A DNA stretch of 62,256 bases, counting the filler, from Sphacelaria rigidula (lineage: Eukaryota): assembly GCA_964200075.2 (NCBI GenBank). It is 11 parts of 11 records of this genome, joined end to end, with 100 filler letters (N's around TTAATTAATTAA, not from the genome) between each part and the next. Parts side by side here need not be neighbours in the genome. Positions count along the whole stretch, not along the records: positions 45,353 to 50,920 come from CAXNAA020026259.1; positions 51,021 to 56,588 come from CAXNAA020026260.1; positions 56,689 to 62,256 come from CAXNAA020026261.1; 8 more parts are not named here. One strand, given 5' to 3'. Of this stretch, positions 48,401 through 61,800 are shown in pieces (the first letter of the stretch is position 1; every line of letters starts with the position of its first letter). Below the pieces are notes generated by a model. That model did no database searches, was not told the origin of the DNA, and saw nothing but the letters and a program-made list of their open reading frames with translations. Position numbers and translations under genes: made by a program.

Positions 48401-51400
48401 GCGACGGAATCGCCTGCCGATGAACAGAGTTCACTCACCAACTAGGGTAGCAGACGGTCAAGGTACATTTCTCAACATCTCAAGTTGTGTGAGTCAAACA
48501 AGTACAGATCAGTACAGCGTGGGTGTCGAAGTATAATAGGAACAACAGAGACACGCACCTTCGCCTTGACGCCGTCGTCGGGGATAACCTTGATGACCTT
48601 CGTTGTGCTGGTCCTGAGATTGCTGATAGGCGGACTGCGCATAGCTTGTCGGATAGATCGATACTCCTTCTCTTCGATTTTGGAACTCAAAGTCTTCAGC
48701 CCCGCGGCCGCCCCGGACACCATGCGCACGTTCTCTTTCAGCTGTTGGTTCGTTTGTTAAAATGGTTGGGCAAAGCAAGGAGCGATAACATGACTGACGT
48801 GTGGGTGGGACACACATACTGAGTATACTTCGTATCAGAAACAAGTCTACTTGTTACGAGAAACATGAGTAATATCGTACAAGCCAAATCAACCACACGC
48901 TGTATTACCAAGCGACTCGGTCATGCAAAGTGACCAACACTGATACACCGTGGAGACCGAGGTTTGCCTCCGAGAGAATGCCCCCAATTTTGATGTACGC
49001 TATTCCTCCGGCAACAGGTGACAAAATATCTTATGACGCGCTTTACACGAGGTGACCTGTTCATGTTGCTAATTCACCCATTTTTGGTGGAAAAGCCGCG
49101 AAACGAAAACACGGAGTCGCCACACGGATCCCCCGAGATGCGGACAACTTGGCTGGTGCCGAGAGCAAACATGCTGGGAATACCATATTCCGACAGGACA
49201 ATCCGCGCTTGGTCGTTACGCAAGGCGGACGCAAGTGATCACTTGTAGGATCGATTTCACGGGTCCCATGATTGTTGATACCACGATTTGGGTCGAAGCG
49301 CGCGCCGACTGCATGGAGTACAGGAGGTATGGTAGCTGCAACCCGCCTCGACGGGGTTGGAGGGCCGATCTAGGAAGGTACGTGAGGAAAGCAATGACCA
49401 CATCGGATGTACCTGTCAAATCTTGCCGACCCAGAGTGCGTATACATTCGAGGAGAGAATCTCCGTCGCGACCACACGTTTTTTCTGACATTTTTTCTCA
49501 GTAGCGAGTGCAGAACATCTCCGTATCATAATGGATGTGACTCGAGAATCCCACGCAAAAGCAGCGTTTGCGGCTTTTTTCCTCAATTACTCGATTTTGT
49601 ACAAAATGTGGTGCCACTTGAGGAGGGAAACAGGAAGATACGTACCTGTCCCCTACTCTGCAGCCCAGTCTTTTTTGTCGTTGCAACGGAAAACGCGTCT
49701 GGCTGAAATAATTGGCGAGGCACACACGCGGGAGGAGGGGAGCATTGAAAGCTTCCTCGTTTCTCGTCACACTCTTGGCCTCTCCCTCGCCTTAGGACGA
49801 GTACGCGGTCTGTGAGGATGACTCAATCCTCTTCCGATGCGCGCCTCATATTTTGGCATCGCGGAGTGGGTGAGCACTCCCGCACCGCGTCAACCATCGC
49901 CAATCAGACGTTCTTTGTCACACACGTACTCACGTCATTCTCGACGACGAAGGTCAGATACCGATCATCACGAGGGGTCCCACATCGACCGCCCTCCCCT
50001 TTCCCCCCCCCGCCCCAAGCGGTCAAGAATGAGAAAATGACCCAATCGAATGGACATAAACCTTCTTCTTCCTATTCCTTCACCAGTATACGGAATTGAG
50101 CGATGATTTTGATCACCCAGGGTTTGCCTCGACGTGCGCAGCCCAAAACCTAGGGATTTTGGGTGTGTCAGTTTTTCTTGTCGCCATTGGGGAACAAATT
50201 TTCCGGCTGGATAATGACTCTTGAGTCGCGCTGGCTTTGGCAAGACCGGTGGTTACCGACCTGGCACCATCACAGTGCTACGGTGCTATGCTGGTGAGGG
50301 TCGTGTACGACGAGTAGTTCTGTGCTGCTACTGAGTGACTGAAATGTACATGCTGTAAATTTACTGCGCGGTATTACCAGCCGACATGAAAATGTTCTGA
50401 CATTTTAGATATGTACAGTGTGTGAATTGCACATGATCACGTACTTTGCCCGCGTGTGGGCAGACAGCCGTGTCCATACCACGCGTATATCTACATGTCG
50501 CCATTATACTGAACTGTGACACAAGACAGGGAGAGGTTGCAAAGGGAAATGTTGTGGACGCGGTGTGGCCAAAATGAGTATCCAACATTGAGGTATCGGC
50601 AGTTACCAAGTAAAATCTACGTGAAGCGGTACTTGTTTATTTATTCTCAATACAAACAATACAGACAGTACAGACAGCACAGTGCTGGCCTGTACTGGAC
50701 TGCCGCCGAGATAGCACCCCCCGAACCGACCAAAAACGTGCACGGAGGCGATGATCATAAATGCCGTTAGAGCTGGTTTCGTGCTGCTCGACGCGACTCA
50801 TCTCGGTGTCATCAGTGATTTTAGACTGCTACACGCCCCTCATGTGGGCGAAATTGCTGCAAACGAGCCCAATAGTGGGATCGCAGCCGGTTTGTCGGAC
50901 GGTCTCCGGTGCACTTTGTGNNNNNNNNNNNNNNNNNNNNNNNNNNNNNNNNNNNNNNNNNNNNTTAATTAATTAANNNNNNNNNNNNNNNNNNNNNNNN
51001 NNNNNNNNNNNNNNNNNNNNCGTCCCGGCTTTGTAGGGATGCGAGGTCAATGGTCTTCTGACTATGGCATGCATGATCATGAGTACACCCATAAGCGTTT
51101 GTCATCGCACCCATGGACGATCCGTGGCAACCAGTGCCTACTGATCGTGTACAGAGGATGGCTGTTTTTCAGACCCATCTTGACTCTACTCACTCCAAAA
51201 TACCCTCTTGAACAATGAAGCTTGCGTTATTACTCGTGTTTCCAGCATACGTACCTATTTCCACTGTACTTTCTGAATGTATATTATACCAGGTGAAGAG
51301 ACCACGGCTCTCACTTCTGCAGTCACAGACCTTACGTGCTGCGAACTACACCGCAGGCATCGCGGACATAGCGAGCGAATCGGACGTGGATCTACCAGAG

Positions 51401-54083
51401 GTGAAGCAATTGCCGGCCAAGGCCTATTTTCAAACCAAAACGGCTTGTAGGATACGGCATACTATGTGACTACATCCACCCCTGAGTTCGCCTTGTTTCC
51501 TTTTTCACGGCTCTCGGATCGTTGTGTTGATCCGCTGTATCATCTTCTTACCTGGAAGAATCTTGGTGAATCATATCACATGGAATGTGTCAGTCCTTCC
51601 GCACGGGACCAGATCCAACGTTATATGCACCAATGCCTCTCCCGTACAGATTAATACACGAGAAGTGTTGTCAGCATATCGGTGGTGCCTTCCCGCTAGT
51701 TCATGCACAGGTCTGTTTCTCCCTGCGGATATGCGCATGGGGTGTACTAACTTCAGTACAACGCGTGAAGACTTTCTTCGTGTTACTGTAGAGCGGAATA
51801 AAGGTGTTCTTTTTCATCGCCAAGCCGCACACGCGCACCGCTGAAACGCGTCACAACCGCTGAGTCGTATGCTCTTGTTACATTGTTTTGCATTTGTTCA
51901 CGAGCCGTGCGTAGGCTGCGCGGAAGGAGCGACGTCGCGTTCAGTATCCAGTCTAACCTGCCCTTGTCGCATGTGTTCACGTTTGCGTTTGTGCACGTCG
52001 ACCAGGCGAGGTTTCATCTCCCGACGTTATCACGCAACGCTACTGAGGTACGCTGTTCAACAGTGTAGGAAAATGTGTAGGGTGACCAACACAGCTTGAT
52101 TCGAAATATTTCTTTCTGGTATCAAATTTATCATGCACAGGGTTTCAGCGATGTTGTTCGATGGATGATACACGCTGGTCCCAAAACTTGAGACCAAAAT
52201 GTGTCTTCAACGCAGAAAGGACGAACCGCAGAGATATGTGTCACATCAACTAGGTCCCCTGCACCCAGAAGGCAAGCTGGAGTGCGTAGCGCGCAGTGAT
52301 GGGCCACCCAAGCACTTTCATAATTTCGAACTCTCCCTGGACGCTAAATGTGGCCTTGTGGTAATGGTGCCGCCTTGTGGGGGTTCCCGTTGGTGGCGGT
52401 TTAGAACAGATGTCAAGATGCACAAGTCTTGTCCGATTGCGCTGAGATCTGGTGTGCGTGTAGCTGACGTGTAGGTGAGAATAGTGATATATGTGTTGCC
52501 TGAGGTGTCGCCATGCAAACGTTGCGGTCGTAACAAAATATGAGGGAAACATGACAACAATGTACGGGAGTTACGTACATTATCCGGAATCTGCATATCT
52601 TGGATTTCCCGCTCGAGGCTTGGGAGTTAGGACCTGGGCTTTGGAGGAGAGGTGAAAATTTCGAGAACTAGGACTCAACTTTTGAGGAGAGGTGAAGATC
52701 GATACCTTCCAGACTGAATAGTTCAATTTTTTCTTTCCGCGAAAAGGGTAAACTTGTTTTTTTGAAAAATCAGTCAAGTACATACAACACTGAAAACGAC
52801 ATATTTCATGTCTCAACTCTCAAGCCTCGAGTGAAACATTCAGGGTGGCGCATGCGGGCCCCATTGTCTTTGGCTCCAACCAGCGGCGTGGTTATAAGTG
52901 GTGATTAAAGTTGGTGACGGCAAGCGCTTGATTTCTGTCAACAAAGATGAACGTATCTTGCCAAGTACGCTCGCCACATGTAACGTTGCTCCCTTGTCAC
53001 CGTCGACATGCCCCTGCTTGTTCTACCGTCCCTCTGCCTGCAGCCAACGGGGAGCCAGTTGGTCATCGCAAGTAAGGCGCAACCAATCCGTTCAGACACG
53101 CCCATCAAGCGAACGTTGTCCTGAGTGCGACGAAAGCACAGTCTGGGAGTACCGTTCTGAGCGCCTCGCTTCCTACGCAGCCGAGTCGCCAGCGTATATA
53201 ATGGGGTTAGACAGGTTGAATGTTTTCTCTCTGTGGACTGCCTTGGAGTTTTTGTCGATCGGTACCGAGAACCAGAAATGCGGACTCAGTGCTACCTCGT
53301 ATCCAGAATCAGGGTCCTACTTTCTTGTGATGTTCGAGCCTCCCCCACCCCCTACCCACTCCTCCTTCGTTGAGCTTTCACCATCTGCGCACTCTTAATA
53401 CCCCTGGCAAATACGAAAGTCCGTGCAGACGGATAAAAGATCTCAGCGGGGCTGTTTACTTTACAAAGTTTCGAAGCGGTCTTGTGATGCGTGCGTGCGT
53501 TTGTTGTGTGTTTGTATGAGTGTGTATTCGCGCGCGCGTATATATGTGTGTGTAAGATCGCTTCAAGCCCGTATGTTCCATGATCTGGTGTGCCTTTGTG
53601 CTAAATGGTGGTGTTGAAACATTCGGTTGATGTGTCAGTGGAGTGTGTCTGTCCGGACATGCTTCCACATTTCCAGGCATCCGTGGAATATTCTGCAATA
53701 TCCACCAATTCATGGGTGGATGTACGTACCTGTCGTCTTACAGACGTGCCCACCAGTTGACGGATGCAGTTTGCAGCACAGTAGTCCCGGTACCACGTTT
53801 TACGCGGATCATTTTCCCCTCTCCCTTCCCAAGTTTTGTCAGTGCTGAACTATACTACTCATAACACCCTGTTTGTTAGGGCAAGCCACAGCACGTAATA
53901 GATAACATCCATACATAAAGCGATGAAGCAACACGACAAACACTTTCGACACCTTGCAAGCGAGGCTGGCCAAGCAACCAGGGGTTCCCCAACATCGCCG
54001 TCAGCTGTTGCTGGAGGGACCCATAGAGGTGTTGGCATACTGAAATCGACGAGCTTATCTGATGTACAACCGATTGGGTGCGC

Positions 54084-54085
<2 letters not shown>

Positions 54086-54140
<55 letters not shown>
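54086..54140 (+). repeat. (GT)n microsatellite
   Basis: About 27 GT units. Confidence 0.97.
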
Positions 54141-54143
<3 letters not shown>

Positions 54144-54194
54144 TCTATAAAACAATCCGACCCGGAGGAGGCCACCACAAGCTGAGGCAAGGTA

Positions 54195-55058
54195 TGGTTT
54201 CACCAGGAACAAGGGTGTCTTGTCATGAACCACTTGCTGTTTCATTTGTGACCCACGCCGTCAAGCACTGACCAGAAATATCTTGCCCGAGATAAGCGCT
54301 GAGAAGTAACGTCTTGCCCGAGATACATTATTGAGCTAGCTTTTAAGCAGAGTAGTCGGCAATAGCTCCAAGAAGGCCGGACAATTTCGTTGTCGCACTG
54401 ACTGCCTGCAGCAATTCTATTCTGAGAATTGTACAAGTATACGAGAAGTTCTGATACTTCAATCTCGTTCCATAGAACCAAAATGGCTGTCAATAGCTGA
54501 GAGCGTGCCCTTTCCCCGGCTCCCGCCAGGGGCAAGAAAAACCGATGCTACAGTTTTTGCGAGCTCGACGCAACATTGCTGAGCACAGAAAAACTCCTCC
54601 GGATGGCATTTCACATTTTCCCACGTGTAAAGCGTTTTTAGGAACCATTTATCCAAACATGAACCGACGCATTTCATTCAGGTTCTACACTCATTGTCTT
54701 ACGCAAATTCCAGAGATATCTGGCAAAAACCTACTACCGTTTTTTTCTACGTCTGGCCGAACCCAAAGGGAACGCTTTATCTCAGCTTCTGACAGCCATA
54801 TTGATCCTATGGAATGGAATTGAAACATCAGAACTGTTCACACTTGTATACAAGTCTCAGCATGGAATTGCTGCAGGGAGTCAGTGCGACACAACGCAAT
54901 TGTCCGGTCTTCTTTGAGCTACTGCCGACTACTCTGCTCAAAAGCTAGCTTAACAACGTATCTCGGGCAAGACCTTATTTGTCAGCACTTGACAGCGTGG
55001 GTCTCAAATGAAACAGCAGGTGGTTCATGATAGAACACCGTTGTTTCGGAGAAAGCCA
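54195..55058. mobile_element. ~860-bp foldback MITE with TA TSD
   Basis: Arms of ~350 bp (54195-54570 versus 54715-55058); TA at 54193-4 and 55059-60; the empty site is present in the paralogous inverted repeat at ~55850-55910. Confidence 0.82.
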
Positions 55059-55571
55059 TACGAACTGGGCCAGCCTAAAAACGGATTTAAGCTCTAAAAG
55101 CAATATCTCATCGATACACACGNNNNNNNNNTAATCGTCTAATCAAGGGGAAGGTGCCCATCTGGTCAAAAATCTGGGCCAGTTTTCTCTCGTTGATTAA
55201 ACCCCATGTCTAGTAATTCCTATACCTAGCGGAGATAGCGCCAATACTTGAATCTCTATGAAACTCCCGATCGATGGATTTGGCGGATGGCGACGAATTT
55301 TGGTATGGAGAATCATGAAAGAGTGCCGAATAAATAAAAAAACGGACCTTCATTTTTTTTCATAGAGGTTAGGGCGTTCGCGTGAAGAAATGGTCTTTAC
55401 CATGGTAGAATGCCCTAAACCAGAGAAAAATATTGATAAAATCAACCTGACCCATTTTTGTTTTGTCAATCATGCCTCAGAGAGCGTCCACACAAAATTT
55501 CAATACACAAAAACCAAACCCTGGCCGGTGAGTGGCCTGCGGAATACTGTTCCGAATTTCTACCGACCCGG

Positions 55572-55848
55572 TTTTGTAAAGGCCTATGCTCCCGCCAATA
55601 TTTAGAGTTGGACCCTGAAATTTGGTATGGACAATGAATGGGGCATGGAGAAAAAAATTACATCGGCACCCGATTTTTTTTTTCATGCGTGATGGGCAAT
55701 AATCAGTTTTCAGGTCTCAGTAAAATGCCTTCAACTCATGAAAAAAAACTTCTGGTGCCGATGTAATTTGTTTTTCATGCCCTATTCATTGTCCATACCA
55801 AATTTCAGGGCCCAACTCCAAATACTGGCGGGAGCATGGGCCTGCAAA
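55572..55848. repeat. Inverted-repeat (MITE-like) element with ~115-bp arms
   Basis: GCTCCCGCCA...CCCTGAAATTTGGTATGGACAATGAAT pairs with ATTCATTGTCCATACCAAATTTCAGGG...TGGCGGGAGC. Confidence 0.8.
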
Positions 55849-57119
55849 CTTCAAATCCGCCTCTAGGCTGGTCCAGCTCGTATCTCGCCTCAGCTTGTGA
55901 TGGCCTCCTTAGAGTCGCATTGTTTACTTTAAAGAAACACACACACACCCCCGCGGACGCTACCGATCGTCCGGCAGATAAGCTCATTGATTACAATATG
56001 CCAGCCCCCAAATGGTTCACTCCAGCAACAGCCGAGTCACCGCAAGAGGTATCTTTTTTCACTCCACATGCCAAGATTGGGCTATCCCATCCCCAAATAC
56101 GCGCTTTGCTCCGTCTCGAAAGGGCTGCGTGGTCAATGGCCAAACGACTAAGGCAAGCAACGAATGAGTACGCCCGCCCCCCCCCCCCCCCCCCCCCGCA
56201 GCACCACCCCCCGCTCCCCGTTCCGCCCAACAGCCACCACGACACCGACGAGCNNNNNNNNNNTTCCCCCGTCCCGAAAGGGGTGGCGGGTCAATGGCCA
56301 AAAAACTAAGGCAAGCAACAAATGAGGACGCCCCCCCCCCCCCCCCCCAACTGGGATGCGCAAGCCTCTTGTCCTTGTGCCAAACGCCGAGCAATATCAA
56401 CGACGATTGTTACAACACTCTCCCCGACATGCGATTGGAGCTTGCCACGATCGTCCTTGCTCGCACATGTGAGAGAACAGTAGCGGTGACGGGAATATCG
56501 CCCCGGTTTTCGACGACGTGTTGTTTTGCGCGCAGAAGCACGTCCAGTGCAATAATAACAGCCAATCATCTATGTTGAGGACGGTGCTNNNNNNNNNNNN
56601 NNNNNNNNNNNNNNNNNNNNNNNNNNNNNNNNTTAATTAATTAANNNNNNNNNNNNNNNNNNNNNNNNNNNNNNNNNNNNNNNNNNNNCTGCGACATTTT
56701 TCATTTTCGAAAGCTTGATGAGATAGTGCAATGTTTTCCCATCATCGTTCACGTTCGACGAGAGCGAAATTCGACCTTCTAACCAAGCAGTCAGTCCCTG
56801 AAAGTATGCGCGTATTATTAGGCCATAAGCGGAGCCCTGATGGTGGATCTAATACTTTGATTCTAAAAAATGAAAATTTCAACTAGACATGCATACACGC
56901 GATGAACACAGGTGACATCAGACTGCAGAACGCAAGAAGAGCGTATCTATTCCCTACGGGCTAGAGTTTTCTTTGGATCATGTTTCTGTATATTTGTGGC
57001 TGTATTGCACAAAACACCTAATAACGTCAGGTTGATCAGGTTGTGCAATGATTTTCCATCACCGTTCAACTTAGACGAGGACAAGATTCCACCTTGACCC
57101 AAGTATATGTGCAACACAC

Positions 57120-58125
57120 TCACGTTGAAGCGGTAACGCGAGTAGTTTTCATTTCAGCGTAGGCGTCCAATCAGTGAGAGCGTAAGCAAGAACAATAAAA
57201 AATTGCAGCTTACCGCCCGGCGCTTTTTTCGAAGGCCTTTCTTTGCTTCGATTTTAATCAACAGCAATCACAGACGATATGTTTGTTGTTACCTGTTCGC
57301 CGCCATCCTTACGGCGCTTTTTTCGCCGATCTTCCTGTGTTCCTTAGATTCGATTTCCCGGGGTTCGGGGTTCGGTAAATTTAACAGCCGGTTTCCCGGG
57401 GTTTGGTGAATTTTGGAGTCGAAGTTTATTGTCTCTGTCCCGGCCGTCTATTTTTTGGTAAATTGGACTGGTGGTCCTGACGTTTTGATTCTGAAAAACA
57501 GAAACTTGACACTTACTTACTACATGCATACACGACCAAAACGCAAAAAAAGGCGTCGATGTTTCCTTCAGGCTGGAGTTATCTTTGAACCATATATATG
57601 GCTGTTTATGTGCAACATACTCAAGGTGAAGCGGTAACGCGATTAGTTTTCCTTACAGCGTAGGCGTCCAATGAGTGAGAGCGTAAGCAACAACAACAAA
57701 ACAAATGCTTCGACTCCTCGGAGTTCGGTGAATCTTTGACTCGCAGTTTTATTGTTTTCATGTCTCTTCCTGGGTTGTCTATTATTTTGCAATCGCAGCC
57801 TTTAATGTTCATGACCAACACATGACGTTCAAACGGTAACGCGATAATATATCCTGGCACCATGCGCGTCTGACCCGTGTAAGCGCGGCATGTGTGTGGG
57901 TAATATCACTATGATTTCAAACAACAACAATCATAAACGCTGTGGTTGTTGTTACCTGTTTGCAGCCTTCCGTAGGGCGTTTTTCTCGTCGGCCTTCCTG
58001 TGTTCCTTAGATGCGATTTCCCGGGGTTCGGGGTTCGGTAAATTTAACAGCCGATTTTCCGCGGTTCGGTGAATTTTGGAGCAGAATTTTAATTTTCCTG
58101 TCCTGACCGTCTATTTGATGGTAAA
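57120..58125 (+). repeat. Degenerate internal direct duplications
   Basis: 57126-57190 resembles 57626-57690; 57280-57465 resembles 57945-58125 (TTCCCGGGGTTCGGGGTTCGGTAAATTTAACAGCCG). Confidence 0.8.
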
Positions 58126-58446
58126 TTGCGGACAATACTCAAGTTATTTGCAAGGTTCGGTTAATTTCGGAGCGACGTTTTTTTTCTTTTCTCTTTCCGC
58201 TAGGCTGTCTCTGGCTTGGGTAAATTTTATAACACGTCGACATTTTTCGTTTTCCGTTGTTTCAACGTATTTTTCTCGTCACAGTGTTCCGTTTGAAAAG
58301 GTGAAAAAAATGCGCGAACGAACGGGTCAAACATTACGCGTACGCGTGCGCGTGTGCTCTCCTCGTCCTTCAGACGAAAATCAAAGATAGGAAAAAACGA
58401 AACGCTCCCGTCGATTATGCCCTACCTCTCCTCCTTAACCCTTACA

Positions 58447-58823
58447 TGGCGAGAATAGGTCATCTGTTGAATCGTGTAGCCTCTGCCATACGATCTGGAC
58501 AAGAGGACTATCCACGAGAGACTCCTCCAGTAGCACTGGCCTCGTGCTCGAGAAGTCCTTTCTTCTCACTTATTATTGCGGAGGGATCCTCAACAGACTA
58601 CATCACGAGCCAGACAGCAAGGGGTCACACAGATGAAGGACATCAATCCAGGATCCCCTGTCCCCTGCGACTGCTCCAATCATGCATGCGATTACACTGA
58701 AACCTACGGCTTGGTATCATTTGGCTACAGCACCCCCAAAGCGAGTTCAAGACAAACGAACAAACTTGACAATTATCAAAAACCAAGGCGAAGTCGCATG
58801 CGCCAGATCACAAAGAAATACCA
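58447..58823 (-). repeat. Candidate 3' LTR of the Gypsy element
   Basis: Lies just downstream of the chromodomain ORF; TG...CA ends preceded by purine-rich GTGGGAGTA; the second LTR is outside the contig, so this is unverified. Confidence 0.35.
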
Positions 58824-58845
58824 TACTCCCACGCTAATTTACTGG

Positions 58846-61800
58846 TCAGCGCCGGAGTCCACCGCATTTTACGCAGTTCTTCAAAACAAGTTCAGGCGCA
58901 GAAGGATTAATTTTGCGGACAGACTCCCATGTACGTTCTTCAACACCAAACCCTTCCCAATCGACCAAAACAATGGCATCACCATTGTCATCCTCAGCGA
59001 CGTGCACCAAAGCATTCATCCGACATTGACCTTGAGCATACGAATGCGGAAATACATATTTTAGTTCCGCAGTGATGTGCAACTGCGAGTCAGCATAGAA
59101 ACGTAAACGAGCGACATGGGCCGAGTGCACGGCCCAGAAACAATGTTCTGCACCCAATACATGTGAGGGTGATCGGCTCCGACCACTCGCCACGGACCTG
59201 TCCACGTGGACATAAACTTTGGCGTCACACCTTGCCTCCGAACACGGGTATACAATACGAAATCGCCAACTACAAACTTGGGCAACACAGCCTGGCCCTG
59301 AGAAAGCTTGCCTTTGGTTTCGCGAGACACCGCGATAGCAGCTTGCACTTCGTTACAAAACCGCACTTGCTCGTCAACAACGCCTCGAACCTTGTCACGC
59401 AACGAATCAGCATCCATGACATCGATGTTCCACTCGCCGCCAGTGACAGAAGCCAGCGCGGAAAACGCTGTACGCGGCGTGCGCCTAAACATCACACAAT
59501 ACGAAGTGTTACGTTAGCGTTCACGAAAAGAAGTATTCAACGCCCACTGAGCGGCTGGCAAAATATCAACCCATTCAGACACCGGCCATCGCTGTTCCGA
59601 AAAAATAGACCGCAACGCACGAATAACCTCTTTCACCATGCGTTCACAAGTACCATTCGACCAAGGGGTATACGCAACAGCAAATTGATGTTGCACCTTC
59701 AGCGCATCGCTCAGCTGGGCGATCCCTCGATTCTTGAAGTGCGTGGCGGTATCACTAACCCAAACACGCGGCACCCCCAAAGTCTTGCACCAATGGAGCA
59801 AGTGCTTAGCCGTAACCTCGGCGGTGCAAGCCTCAATCGGCTCCAAGCAAACGAAATTGAACAAATCATCCATCATCACCTAAAAGTACCGAAAACCACC
59901 CTCCTCAGGCAAACCATTAGCACCTTCAGGTCCGCTACTTCCGACGTACAGAAAATCGAAGTGAACAACTTCACCTGGCGCAGTACCACGCACAGTATCA
60001 CCATACGGACGAGGTGCAATCTCACCAGCACGAGTGTCTACACAATGCCAACACTGGCGGTCGAACTCGCGAACGTGGGAGTCCATGTGAGGCCGCACAC
60101 AGTATTCTTTCAATCGAAACAGAGTCGGCGCCACACCTCGGTGATCAGCCGACCGCAGGTGAGCGCACACCATCAAGCGCGTTTGTAGAGCCTCATCATC
60201 GGACGGAATACACAAAACATCACTATGACCAACACGCACGCGAAACAAACCATCGTAAGCCAAAGTAGCTTGACCGAAAGTCGTAGGAAAAGGATGGACA
60301 CCGTCGCCGACTGTTTTGCGCTGCGCGGTACGAATGCCATCTAACGACGGCAGCGAATCATCGGCATCACACGGGCTGTACACGGCATCAGAACAAACAG
60401 GCACGGGAGGAACCTTCACCAAGCGAGGCAACAAATCTCCCCAACAATTGCGCTCTCCAGGAATGTGTTCAATGACATACCGATATTGTTGTTGGGCTCC
60501 CAGCAACTCCCGCATATCTTCTTGGCTTGGCATCACCCCCGGAGACTGTTCCCGTTCACGGCCTGATAGTCGCTGACCAAACGGACTGTGTCCCTCTTCG
60601 GCACCGCCATCGCCAGACTCGCCCACACAGCCTGAATATTCCTACCAAACAAATCACATGCCACCAAAACTGCGATGCATGAAGCAAGCCACACGGTCTT
60701 AACCGGATCGCAGCGGCGAGGCTTGGCCTTCACAGCCTCCTTCATTGCCTCCACGCGCGCTGGCGGATCACCATGCAGCGCACGACGAAATATATGTACG
60801 CGACGAGCCAAAATATCGCGCAGACAATGTGCGCCATCGACGCTCAGGCGCTTCTGCTCGGCCTGCTGCTCGCTTTCCTCAAGCGCACATTCTTTCGCGC
60901 CTATCTCCTCCATAGGGTCCATGAACATGTCCGGCCCTAGATCGACCAAGCACTCCACCGCTTCATCCGCAGGAGCCTCCTCGTCATTGGCGCTTTGGAA
61001 TGGCCGTATGGATACGATCACACACCTTGCAGCAAGGTAACTGGGTTTTTCCACGCCGGTTTGCACCGGCACAGCACGCGGGCGTAGCTTATCCAACGCC
61101 AGCGGGTACAGATCAATCCCGAGCTCCTTCATCATCGCCATCCCAAATGGAACTACATTATCCCTACCGGGCATGACAGCGAAAGTAATGGGCTGCAACT
61201 CCACAGCCCCCCACGGCGTGCGCACGCAAACAGTAATCGGCACCGTTTTATGTGTAACCGTCACGGGAATACCCATGGAGGTCTGTGCCGTTTGCGGTCC
61301 GTTTATCCCGAGCTCCTTCATCGTCGCCATCCCAAATGGAACCACATTATCCCTACCGGGCATGACAGCGAAAGTAATGGGCTGCAACTCCACAGCCCCC
61401 CACGGCGTGCGCACGCAAACAGTAATCGGCACCGTTTTGTGTGTAACCGTCACGGGAATACCCATGGAGGTCTGTGCCGTTTGCAGTCCGTTTTCGAACG
61501 GAATCTGAAACTGAGCGCCGCCAAACTGCGAAGACATCTGTTCTAGCAACCCCACACCGATCGACGTGAGCGCGGACCCAAAATCCAGAATAACGCGGGC
61601 CATGACCGAACCTACAAAACCAGGCAAGGATAAATCTGCGCGTAAACACTCAGCCTTGCGATCGACAGCTACCACGCCTGCCGAAGAACCCTGTTCTGTC
61701 TCAAGAGTCACCTGACGCCAGGGCTGCCCTCCAGCACTTGGCATCGATAGCTGCGAATCGTCGGTCCAACCAGACCAAGTCGCCGAATATGCAGACGGCG

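Noticed and set aside
47900..49800. Possible tyrosine-recombinase/DIRS-like remnant on the minus strand (FLIRS…, SQDQHNEG)
   Set aside because: The resemblance is too weak and fragmented, and no H-x-x-R or catalytic Tyr box was found; needs a translated HMM search
5570..56688. Regular 5.67-kb periodicity with TTAATTAATTAA (PacI-like) sites
   Set aside because: Artificial linker between length-sorted contigs, not biology
59163..60188. 341-aa plus-strand ORF
   Set aside because: Antisense shadow of the Gypsy integrase
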